A stretch of DNA of 64,000 bases from Schizochytrium sp. TIO01. Lineage: Eukaryota; Protista; Bigyra: Labyrinthulomycetes. The DNA is taken from the NCBI GenBank assembly GCA_004764695.1, contig SMSO01000014.1, forward strand, positions 2,599,648 through 2,663,647, in the 5' to 3' direction. A program made the translations under genes and the position numbers. The stretch's first letter is position 1, and each line of letters begins with the position of its first letter. Positions 44,325 to 55,748 of the stretch are shown here, piece after piece. The notes under the pieces were generated by a model that was given only the letters and a program-made list of their open reading frames with translations, was not told the DNA's origin and did no database searches.

Positions 44325-47300
44325 CTCCCAACGAAGATTGAAAAGAGAGCAAGAGGGTCGTCTTCCCCATTTTACAAGATGTTGCGCTTTAACTGCTATT
44401 GAAGCGTGGTTTCATCGCTCATCACATCTCCTGATACCCCACGACGCTCAACTTCCTGTCCATTCCTTGTTACCAGCCAATTATGTTTGGGTCCAGAGCT
44501 GCGTGCAGAGTTCAGGGAGCTAATAATTGCTGATTGATGGTGAGTGCCGTAGCTTCTTTACAAACAATAAGTTAAAAAGTAACTTTGTAACTTCGCATGC
44601 TACTCGCATAGTGTGCGACCACGCTCCACCAGATATAACAGACACACTGATGGGCGTTTCTGTGAATCCTCCATCCTTCGCTATACGTATTACTTGTATT
44701 CTCCAACGGACGGCCATTTCGCTTTTCGTTCCAGTGCGAGGACTTGGGAATGAAAGCTTTGGTGGGGTACCAATAGGATTCGGAGAAGAAACACGCCATA
44801 ACAGGTCTGGCGGTACTGTAATATATTTAAAGATGGCTGCTGCCTTGGCACAATAAGGGAATCAATCAAGCTCCTGTTCAAGCAATTATTATGATTACTA
44901 TCATTATTATTAATATTGTTATAATTAATTAATCAATTAATTAATTAAAAAGCATGTTTAAAAAATAAAATTTAAAAAATCAAGCTGAGTAGGAAAAAAA
45001 AAAAAAAAGGCTTGTATTTTGTTGTTAGCAGAAAGAGACAGGAAAGGAAAAGACTGTAATGATGCTTCTATGAAGAATATATCACTGATAATGGGCACGC
45101 AGTGGTTTGCCGTGCACAGCAACACTGGTAGAGTCGAAAGCGCTTGGCTTAGTCTTGACTACCTTTTCTCGAAGTACACGCACTTTCCGAGCAAGTTGTG
45201 CTCAAGTTGCTCCGAATTCTGTCACTTCGAAGCGTTCATTGCTGACTTTCAACTTGAATTAAAGACATATACCTCAGGCTTATAAATAGAATAAAATATA
45301 TTGAGGTACACTATATCATGGATTTTAACTTTTTACATTTTCTTTGATATATACCAACTAAATATTTTATAATGTTGTTCGACTCTCGATACTTCTTTCA
45401 AAATTGCTTCCCAGACAGTGCCTAAACCTCTTTCCTACTGGCCGGACTTCCTTGCCTCCGCCCCAATCGCCGATATGGCACTAGCTGGCTAACATTCCAA
45501 ACGCAGCATTACAAAGTCAATCGAAGAATGATGACTTCATCTGTGCGACTGTTCTGCTCAGCTCTTGAGCGGAAGGTCCATTAATGCAGCTTTTAGATTA
45601 CACAAATTCCCTCGATCTGTAAACAATTAGAAACCAACTTGAAAGCTCTGAAGTTCAGGACTTTAATCGTTTGGCGAAAGCAAAAGAGAGCGTGCGGAGT
45701 TGTTTCAGTCGCGGGGCTTCTAGTCACACTTATAGGGTGTACTACTCATCACGAAGTGCTTTGATCTTACTGGTCGTCAATCGTTAGGGAGCTCTTATTA
45801 CATTTGCTCCGTCATTTATGCTAATGAAGTAAATATATTTTCTTATTTGTTTAACTTAAAAACTGAAAGTCAAGCAAGTTACACTGCAAAGGAAGAATAT
45901 TATCTAAATAATAATAAATAATAAATAATAAAAAATAAAATCGCTAACAGAGTACTGGATGTGACGGCATACGTGAAAGAAGAAGCAGGTTAGGGCTTAT
46001 GGGGTTCCTCGCGAAAGAAGCTGCATAAATTGACGCAGCGCTTTCAATACGTAGGCAGCGATGTGTGCTCAAGCGGTTCATTCGCGACTGCATTTCCTCT
46101 TTACCAATTGCAGTGAAATAACTTGAATTCAGGCCGAATTGAGACGGTTTGTAATCCCAATGACATACAACACATACTTGCTTAGGCAATGGGTCGAATT
46201 TGCTTGCACTCGAACTCAGAGTGGTCTGAGGTAAGAACAGCCTCATTGTGCGCTTCGCTTCTTCTCTCACGGAGTCGCCTGTCTTAAGCGTACAAGATGG
46301 ACATCGACAGCGAAGAGGAGCCTTTCCCAAATTAGCGCACTGTTATTGCGGCTGTCCAAACAGCAGCAATTCCACCGTACTACGCGATAGACTTTATAAA
46401 TTGCTTGAAGAATAAAACCAAGAACCAGAATTAGCAAAAGTGAAGTGAGGAGGTACTATCTTACTCAAGTAATTATGAAAAAACACCGCGTTAACTCACC
46501 CACTCAATTAGTCAGAACAGAGGCCAGGGGGTGTCAGTTGAAATCTGCATCGCGGCAAACGGCAGCCACTTTCGTTGTGATTTGGCATAGAAAGTGGTGG
46601 TGTCTTTTGCCCTGAGCTGATGACTTGAATGCTCTTCTTGAAAGTCGGCGTAGGCGTCTAACTGAAAAGGCTGGACTAGGATGAATTTCTTTTCAGTGGT
46701 ACTTTTTGATCTATTTGATTATGAAATATAATTTAATAGTTTATTCATGTTAAACTCTTATGATTTCAATATATAAATACTTTTTAAAAGTTTTTTTAAA
46801 AATTAAAAATTTAAAAAAAGCAAAAAGCAATGACTTCAGTATCGCTTCGCTGTGAAGCAGCCCTGCCAAAGTAAAGAGAGAGTACACATGGTTTGCGGAA
46901 AACGTAGAGAAGACGGCAGAACCTATCTGTATTTCATATGTATCAAAGGCTGTGATCGGCAGCGCACATAATTAATGGCCTGATAGGAGAGTGAAGTTGG
47001 GTGGGTAGGATTGATTCCAGAGAAAGAAAGGGGTAGAGTAAGCCTTTCTCAGCTTCCCAATTGGGACCAGTGCTTAAAAAAGCAAGAAGCAGATCAACCA
47101 CTTTCTGCCAAATTGAAAAGTTCCAATTAGTTAGTTATTTGTTATTGTTTTTAATAAAAAAAAATTGAAAATAATAAAATAATAAAACTCTCTTTATTTC
47201 TTTCGTTAAGAGGGTTTTTGCAGAATGGTATTTCCAGAGAGGTAGTTGGTATGCTAGGCGCTAAATACGCAGAATTTATGGACACGATTGCCTAGATTTG

Positions 47301-50027
47301 AAGTGCGTTGAACAAAGACAAATGTTGTTTTTGAAAGCAAGCGAAAGGGGGGAAATAGATTCTTACTTGAAAAATTTAAAGAAGGAAGCTCTGCAACAGC
47401 GCATATGTCAATTTTATGAAGTTGCAGACTTGCCACAAATCTTGAGGGCCCAAGCCATGGATGGTGTCACTTTCACTAATTAAAGACACTGTTTGCTTTA
47501 ATTAGCACATTTGGTCCGTCTTTGCAGAAAGTAGTTACTTACTCACCTACGTGATAAAGCTTTGGCGATTCTTCATGAAGGATATGAATTATATTTAGTA
47601 GTGGACTTTGGTTATCAAGGATTTAACTGTTCAACCTTACATGACAGAGCCTTTCACAAATGTTGCGTATGCTCTTAACCAGCCAGGCCTTTGTTTTGTT
47701 TTGTTTATTTAATTAAAAGGGATACGCAATAGATTGAAACTGGTCTTTAATGCAAAACTCTTGACTTCCATTATATTCTTTCTAGTAGTGTAGTAAATCA
47801 ACCTGCTGAGTTACCAGTTTACGTATCTAGTGCTGTTTTAGTTCTCGGAAAGGATTTCTTTTTGTGCATATCCAAAATACTTTGGTCACCGTGCATAAAT
47901 TTACTTCGGGACATGAATATTTCATCGAAGTGATAAAAAATTATGGTATACCCATATAAGATTACGCTATATTGTCAAAATCATGACTCTTGGTTGCGGA
48001 TAGTAGCAATCCAGTTTCAAGAGTGAAGCGATTTTCTTCTTTTCCCAGAATCGTGTTTTTTTAGTAATGTGGGAGAATGCGCATTCATATGTCGCATGTG
48101 CATGACAAAAGTCCAGCAAGATGGTCATAAACTTAAAGTTAGGTCGAGAACGTCAGCTAAGAATCCGGTATTGTCATAAACAAAGCGTTACGTTTGAATG
48201 CATTTGTTTGGATTTTAGTTAGAGATACAAGGTGATGCATTATTATCGCGAACTTGATTTCACTGTTCTACAACAACTTTGGAATTCATAAAAGAAAAGC
48301 TTTATACTATTCTGTCAATAACTAAAGCTTCAATGCCACTAAATTTTGAAGAATGGTTCCGGCTAGCTTCTAGTTGTATCTGTTTACCACTACGTGCAGA
48401 GATTTTGCTTTAAAAGCGAAACTTTCTAATTCTTGCACTTGGACAATATACCTACCTACCTATAAAACTACCATTCAATCTGTGCATTTGAATGGCTTGA
48501 AGGGATGAGCGTACCATGTATTTGAAATGAAGGGCGACGTCTGAACTACAACCAAGTATGCATCTGGATTCTGCTCCGTTTACAGTATTGCTCCAGCACC
48601 TAAGTGTCGTCATTCTTCATAATCATCGTGAAGTGTCGACATAAGGATATAATAGTATTGCAGTTGCATAGTCATACTCTAATATGTTTGGTGTTGGAGC
48701 TTACTACACAAGAAATTAAATTTCCAACTCTCAAGTTGGAATCTAGTAGTGTATTACTATGGATTCTGGGTTTGGTTGAGTCTATGTATGGCTCAGAATG
48801 AGCGCGTGAGGGGTGTACTTTATACACTATTGTATGTCCGGGTACTGCGTACCTACATGCTCGTTGGTAGATGAACTTTAGTAGTGAAGACTGGTGTAAA
48901 GTCTTGTCATTTGGATGTTGCGCTGGTAAAATTAACCTTCAAGTTGCTATGCTAGGATGTGCAAAGCTGCTCGAACTTTCTGAAAATTATTTGATATTGT
49001 GTGCTTCAGAGCGTTTGCAGCGCATATGTAAGCCTTTGGAAACAAGGCTCGCGAACTAAGTCTAACGAGCTTCACGCAATATATCAATAATCTTTGTAAC
49101 TGCTGACGCTCTTGCTGGAATCATGCATTTTGAGCATTATCAATGATCCGATGAAAATATGAGCGTGCGCAGTTTAGCCATACGATCAATAAATTGATGA
49201 TCAACGTATGCTATTTGGTTGCGAGACGATTCATAAGATTTAGAATTAATACATCTACGCTCATATAATTAAAACAATAAAAAGAATTCACACCACCAAC
49301 CTACAAAGGTATCTAAATAACTAGTGTTCGCTGTATTTTTAACTATGAAGGGCAGAAGCGGATATCGGGTAGAAAAAACAGCATTCGTGGAGGCTATTTT
49401 TTTAATTCACAGAAATGTACCTACATTAGATGCTAAACTCCTTACTAGCTATGTGTGAGAGAAGTTTTTCTTACTTTGGAACTTAAAAAAAAAAGTTAAA
49501 AAAGTGAATTAGGTTTCAGTACCTGGACCGAAAATTGGGCCACCCAAGTACCTTTTCTATTTAAATGAATAAATATTTAAAACAAAATAAATTTAAAGTT
49601 AAATACCCCACGAATAAATATTTTTATTGGAAAATACGACAATATAAGAAATCAGTAGCGCTTATTTCTAGTTTTTGTGTAGTTAACGAACAGGAGTAGC
49701 ACTTGGCAGGCAATGAATGTGTTTATATAAGTGGAGTGGACCTGCCACCGATGGCTGGCTAGAGGTCAGCAAGTGATGTTTAGTCTCCTAGAACGCAGCA
49801 CCCAGACAGTGCATACGAAAAGGCTTTTTTATAATTACCAAAAATAAAACTAACGCTAGCCCACTCTGAACAAGAGAAAGGTTGAAAATACCCTCCAGAC
49901 TAATTAGTGTTGTTAGTTTATATATTCATTTTTTATTTTTTTTTTAAACTAAACATTTGAAGGAAGAGTTACATTCTAATAGCATTCTCTATTCTGGAGG
50001 TGAAGTCGAGGCAAACCCCAAACTAGA

Positions 50028-50912
50028 ATGACTCTGACCAACCCAAAGACGTGGAACTGTAAAACTGTTGTCCTCTGCGTGGCATTGGTTGCCGCGCTCT
50101 GGGTAACGGTCCTGCTTGATCCCTTGAGGTTGCGAGAACCTGAAGGTGCAACGCATGGGCCTCTGCTCCGGGTATCCCATAGTGGCCCCCACCTTGACGT
50201 TCCACAGATAGTTTCTGCCCGCGCACGGAGCTACTTTTTCGACGAATTGTCCAAGGTTCAACGCCGTGAAGCATACAATGAACACCATTTCAAGATCTTT
50301 ATTGCAGGCCCTGAGTCCTCCGGAACTAGATTCTTGAGTAGAGGAATTGCGCAGCTTCTGGATCCCGAAGTTGAATGGGATGGCGAATTCCCGATTTGCA
50401 AGCGCTTCCAGGAGACTTCACCGGCACCATGGCAGAAAAGGAACAGGACTTTCGACATTGTGCATATTTCACTTCCCCTTGGAGGTGGTTCCTGCATGCC
50501 AGATGACATCTACACGATCCCAATTCCGGAGACCTACGATACCTGTGAAGATCACAATTGGACCCCTGCACGGGTCTTCTACGATACGTATGAGTTCTTA
50601 AAGGCCCACCCTACCACGTCGAAAACCATCTTCATCACTCGTGATCGCCCATCAGTGATGCGCTCTAAACTTTCGCACCACTGTGTTGACAATCCCGAAG
50701 GGGCCAAAATCGAAATTGAGCACGCACTTGGAATTATTCAGAGGCAATTGCTTTCGAATATTACGAAGTCTAACACCCTCGAGATCGAATACGAGGAATT
50801 CGACAACTTTCCCTTGCTGACGTGGCTGAAAGTTGTTCTATTCCTTGACCTCCATGTACTTGATGACTACAACTTCAACAAGCTCCCTTTCTTCAAGACA
50901 GGCAACAAGTAA
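50028..50912 (+). CDS. Type II membrane (Golgi-like) sulfotransferase-family protein
   Basis: N-terminal TM (VVLCVALVAALWVTVLL), 5'-PSB-like IFIAGPESSGTRFL, 3'-PB-like IFITRDRPSVMRS and LEIEYEEF (YEDL-like). Confidence 0.7.
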   Translation: MTLTNPKTWNCKTVVLCVALVAALWVTVLLDPLRLREPEGATHGPLLRVSHSGPHLDVPQIVSARARSYFFDELSKVQRREAYNEHHFKIFIAGPESSGTRFLSRGIAQLLDPEVEWDGEFPICKRFQETSPAPWQKRNRTFDIVHISLPLGGGSCMPDDIYTIPIPETYDTCEDHNWTPARVFYDTYEFLKAHPTTSKTIFITRDRPSVMRSKLSHHCVDNPEGAKIEIEHALGIIQRQLLSNITKSNTLEIEYEEFDNFPLLTWLKVVLFLDLHVLDDYNFNKLPFFKTGNK

Positions 50913-52142
50913 GGGGTGCGTGTGCTTGGTACAGGTACCACAAAAATTGAACTCTAAATGTTATTCTAGCTATGCTTCAACTGTTTGTTTTTGTTTTCTA
51001 ATTTGACTTTATTCTCTCGGAAAACATCATGTTGCAGAGTGGAACATGAAGCTTAGCTTAAACCATTCCTCCTTTGCTGCTCTAGATTCTGATGTGTTTT
51101 AACCTGAAGCATTTGCTGCGCATGGAACTCAGCCTCGTGTCGATGTAGGCGCATTTTTCAGTGTAAATCTGTCGCTATTATTCGCCCATATTCTATGTAC
51201 CCAAATAAATGTCTTCCATCTTGAGACGGTTTGAGCCTAATCAGGGAAGCAGCCTGGACTCACATAATTTTTATGCCTCATAGGGGATAAATTGATTGTT
51301 TTATGCGGCCAACAAATACTCCATGTCTTTGGGAGAGTCCACTGGCTTGCATAGTAAAATGAAGTAAGCGCCCAGGCAGCACTGCTCCGTTTTTAATTTT
51401 GAAATATTTGTTCGTATCTTTTATATTGCTATGACAACCTGTAGATCTTCCATAGTGCTCCCAGTTCGTTGGTGTTCCTTGGCGTCTCCAGTCTTCGTGC
51501 ACATTTCCTCTACGAATTTCCTTTCCAACGTGATGGTCTCTTGAGTAAAATCTAAATTTGATCATTTCTCCTTTCGTTTAAGTGCTTTCAAGTCGCAATG
51601 GCCATGACCTACTTAACTAGGTAAAAGTATACGAACCTTAGCTGAACAGTCCATGACCATAGAGTTGATGTATGATTGGTATCCCCATTGATTTTGTGCT
51701 TGATTTGGTTAGTCAGTCAGTCATGAGTGCTCAGGTTTCCCATCTCATACATGATTACGTGCGGCCTCCTCGAAGATGGCAGGTCGATTGTCAAAATATC
51801 TGGCTAGGCCCCTCGACATGAGGGTAGACCTCAAAAGTTGATGGGACGCTGCAGTCGAGCAACGCGGGTGTCTCAGGTCCTGTGAAGAAAACCAAGCGAG
51901 AACCACTCCTCAGTTCAGATAAGAGAGCAGCACGACAATATACCCTTATAGAAGTTTAAGTGAAGAAGAAGAGGGCAGCTAGCCTGCGTGTTTCGTACCC
52001 CTGGCATTTGAGGTATTGTTACACGCCATTGCGTGGTTTCAACAAGGCCAGGTGTCTTACTTGGCAACAACGACGAAGATAATCTTGAAATACTAGGCAA
52101 AACGGGAGCTGAGCAGCTTACATCAAGCGAGATATTGAGAAA

Positions 52143-53621
52143 ATGAGGTTTGCCATTCACATAGCGCAACTTCTCTGCATTGTCTTTGGCACAGTCATAG
52201 CTCGAGGCAGCGGTTCTTGTGACGCAGACTTTCCAAATGTTATTATTTTCTATACTGATGATCAAGGCTATGGGGAGCGCTCCAAGTTCAATCCAGATGT
52301 TGTGAGAACACCAAACATTGAGCTGCTCGCAAGTCAAGGGATTGACTTTATGGATGGCCATGCTGCGTCAGTTGTCTGTACCCCCTCTCGTTTCGCATTA
52401 TTGACGGGAGTTTATGCTTTCAGGAAAAACTCTGACGGGGGAGCCATTGGGCCAGCACATAAACCATTGCTCAATAGCTACACCACTCTTGGTCACCTTT
52501 TTAGGCGTGCAAACTACAGAACCTACATGGTAGGCAAATGGCATCTTGGCCTCAGAATGCCCAAAGATTACGTCAATGATCCTGTTAGAGGTGGGCCGCT
52601 GGATCATGGCTTTGATGAATTCTTTGGTCTTCCTGCATCAATGAACTATGGTCACCTTGCCTTCATCAGAGACAATTACTTTGTTGAGCCTCCCTCGAAC
52701 CGTACAAGAGATACTGACGGTATGCACCATTCTTGTCCTGTTGAAGAGAATGCGGATTGTTCTACATTTGGACTATTGTTTCCATATGTATCTGGCTCAA
52801 AGTCAATTGGAAAAAGCATCCGCACAAACACTGTTTTAGAAGAATGTATTATGGAAGCTATGGCAATGATAAATAGCCATATGGAGAAGTTCGCAGATCA
52901 AAATTTCTTCATGTATCTTGCTATAACTTCACCCCATCTTCCACACGCACCTCACCCTGACTTTGATGGAAGAACGTCTTATGGCCAATATGCCGATGTA
53001 TTGGAGGAAATTGATTACCGCTTAGGGCAGATCCTTGGTCTCTTAAAAAACTTGGGTATCTATAACAGCACCTTTCTCATCTTCACAAGTGACAACGGCA
53101 CAAATGATAAGAGAAAGTTTGTATCTACAGGTTTTGATACAACAGGGAATCTCAGAGGCCAGAAACGCTCACCTTTTGAAGGTGGTCATCGAGTCCCATT
53201 CATCTTTCACTGGCCTGATGTAATCAATGCAAGTCTCACAACTAAACCCGTGAGTCAGGTGGATTTCTTTGCGACGTTTGAGGAAATGCTCAATCTTTCG
53301 CCCGATTCAGCAGATGAAAAGGACAGTACAAGTTTTTGGCCAATCATATGTGATCCTCAAGTCGATGTAGATTATCGCTCTGGTCAGCCTTTGATTGTTG
53401 AAGACAACTCTGCAGGTCTTGTGATTCTGTGCAATGGCTTCAAATATATTGAATCTAAATCCGACAGCCTGTATGATTTAAACGCTGCTGAAGACGAATC
53501 TGTCAGTTATAGTCTTTCCTATTACCCAGATCTGGCCGCTGAGTTGTTGAATATCGTCACAGAATTCAAAAAAAATGGCTACACCAACCTTACAGTCTGC
53601 CCAGAAATTAGAATTGTATGA
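52143..53621 (+). CDS. Secreted formylglycine-dependent (S1) sulfatase, paralog 3
   Basis: Signal peptide, PNVIIFYTDDQGYG, CTPSRFALLTG, GKWHLG, GLPASMNYG, EGGHRVP. Confidence 0.95.
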   Translation: MRFAIHIAQLLCIVFGTVIARGSGSCDADFPNVIIFYTDDQGYGERSKFNPDVVRTPNIELLASQGIDFMDGHAASVVCTPSRFALLTGVYAFRKNSDGGAIGPAHKPLLNSYTTLGHLFRRANYRTYMVGKWHLGLRMPKDYVNDPVRGGPLDHGFDEFFGLPASMNYGHLAFIRDNYFVEPPSNRTRDTDGMHHSCPVEENADCSTFGLLFPYVSGSKSIGKSIRTNTVLEECIMEAMAMINSHMEKFADQNFFMYLAITSPHLPHAPHPDFDGRTSYGQYADVLEEIDYRLGQILGLLKNLGIYNSTFLIFTSDNGTNDKRKFVSTGFDTTGNLRGQKRSPFEGGHRVPFIFHWPDVINASLTTKPVSQVDFFATFEEMLNLSPDSADEKDSTSFWPIICDPQVDVDYRSGQPLIVEDNSAGLVILCNGFKYIESKSDSLYDLNAAEDESVSYSLSYYPDLAAELLNIVTEFKKNGYTNLTVCPEIRIV

Positions 53622-54554
53622 GATCAAGATTTGACAAAAACATGAATTTCTAATATGACATTTACCAAAAGGACAATTAGTCGAACTCATGCATAACGCA
53701 CAACCCTGTTTCTCTGAGCTGACATATGGGTATTCCAAACGTGTGCTTGCATATCTTGTCTGCAGCTGCAGCTGCAGCTGCTGCTTTAGTCCTGAAATCT
53801 AGGCTAGGTCCGAGTAAATCATAATTTTTGAACCATATAAAAGTTGACCGACCTCTAAATGGGCTCCACCTGCACTCTTCCATCACGATCAATCGGCACG
53901 TGCCGTGCCAAAAGAATACCTACGTAGCTTTTCTTGTTGAATACACCCTAGACCACAGGAGAACTTGTGCAAACTACGAAGCCTTCTGGTATTCAGGACT
54001 GAATACCTTGTCGCGTCGAAGCCACATTAGGTGCGACACTACCTAAAGCTTTGCTTGCCATGGTCTCACTCACTTTTTGAGGAGCACACGTGCAATTTTC
54101 TACAAAAGCTATAAGGAGTTGCTAGTTAGAACGCTCCCTCTTTGAGAGAATGCTGTCCTGTTGGCTTTTGCGCTTCACTTTGCTCTTCAAGGCCGGCCTG
54201 AACTGGAGCCCCCAATAGATATCAAGGCTCGTTTGCGAATGTCAACGCAGATTCCACCCAGGTTTAAGTTTCAAGGTATAAGAAGAACAACTATTTTTGG
54301 AATAATGGGAAGAGTGAGCAAACAGAATAAAAAAAGCACTTTATTTGACGTAAGTCGCTAAAACCCAACAAGCACCAGAGTCGCAAGCTACGCTGTTGAA
54401 CATTGGAGGCAGTTCATTCTAATTCTCAACGTGGGTCCGTCTTGAGCAACAACTATTACCTCACGGCCCTTTGTGCAACGCAAAGCATAGCAAAGTAGTT
54501 TTGCGGTCTTGATTGCGACCAGTTTGGAAATCCAGCTTTGAGGAATTCTTCAAC

Positions 54555-55748
54555 ATGGGAGGGTGCTTTTCAAGTGATGGCAACATGGACACGGCTCAGA
54601 CGCGGCAGGGCCAGCGAGCCGCAGCAAAGGCCACAGAAAAGGCACAGACCAGCAAGTCCACGCAACGTGAAAAGATTGACCGTGCAGAGAAATCTGGAGT
54701 CCTCAGCTTGGCTGGTGCCAGGCTCAAGGAAATCCCCTCTCGCGTGTTTGAGTTGCAGAAGGTAAGTTCCCTGGGCCATTGACAGAGGCGACGAGCACAA
54801 GGAATTGCGCGATAGCTAACAAAGATGCATCTGAACTTGTAATAACAATACCTTATTTGCAACTTCTGTTGTGTGCAACTGGCTGGGTACCATAGCTCAA
54901 GACCTTGGATCTGATGAATAATCATCTCGCCAATATTCCGGCTGAAATGACCAAGTTGACCAGTCTTAAGACCCTTAATATGTCCAATAACCGCATCCTT
55001 GAACTTCCCAAGGGACTTGAAGCGCTCGGCTCCTTACAAACGGTACGTTATTATTGCACTTATGTTGTGTGATGATGATCCTTCGTGTCAAAGGTTATTT
55101 AGTGGCAAGTTCTTTGGACTCACATCGTCTTGTGTTTGCAAATGTTCGTCTCTCCCTCACATGATATTCACTGCCCGTCATCGCTTGTAAATTTCTTGCA
55201 ATCGTGTTCGTGAACTTATGGTGGAAGATCTTTCGAACTTTGGTGAATTTTTATTGCCACAGCTAAAACTAGAGGATAATGAGCTTGTTTCGGTGCCGGG
55301 CTTGCCTTCGTCAATCAGGACATTAAGCTTAGCTGAGAACAATCTCAACGAGGTACCAGAGAGCTTGCGTAATATGACATCATTGGTGGACCTAGACTTG
55401 AGCGGCAACCAGATTCGGAGGATCCCGGGTTGGCTTGGGGAGCTTCCCCGTTTACAAACCCTGAACTTGTCTCAGAACTTAATCAATTCCATTGACATTG
55501 GCCTAGGCGAGAGTCCGAACCTTCAGACACTCCTGCTGGCGAGAAACCAATTGCGTAGCATCCCTGAGGAGGTGCTTAGCGCGCCATCGTTGGCCCACAT
55601 GCGACTTGAGGGTAACAGCATGACCAAAGAATTGCTGATGGCGTCTCCAGGCTGGTCTACATTTGACGCCAAGCGCCAAGCGCTTGTTAGCAAGCAAATT
55701 GCGGGCGGCATGGCCGACACTGACCGCTCCATTTGCGGACTTGCATGA
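54555..55748 (+). CDS. LRRC57-like leucine-rich repeat protein, 3 exons (54555-54761, 54896-55042, 55263-55748)
   Basis: MGGCFS N-acylation motif, KIDRAEKSGVLSL, LxxLxLxxN repeats, LEGN..KELLM..PGW..F. Phase-0 introns GTAAGT..TAG and GTACGT..CAG join the exons in frame. Confidence 0.85.
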
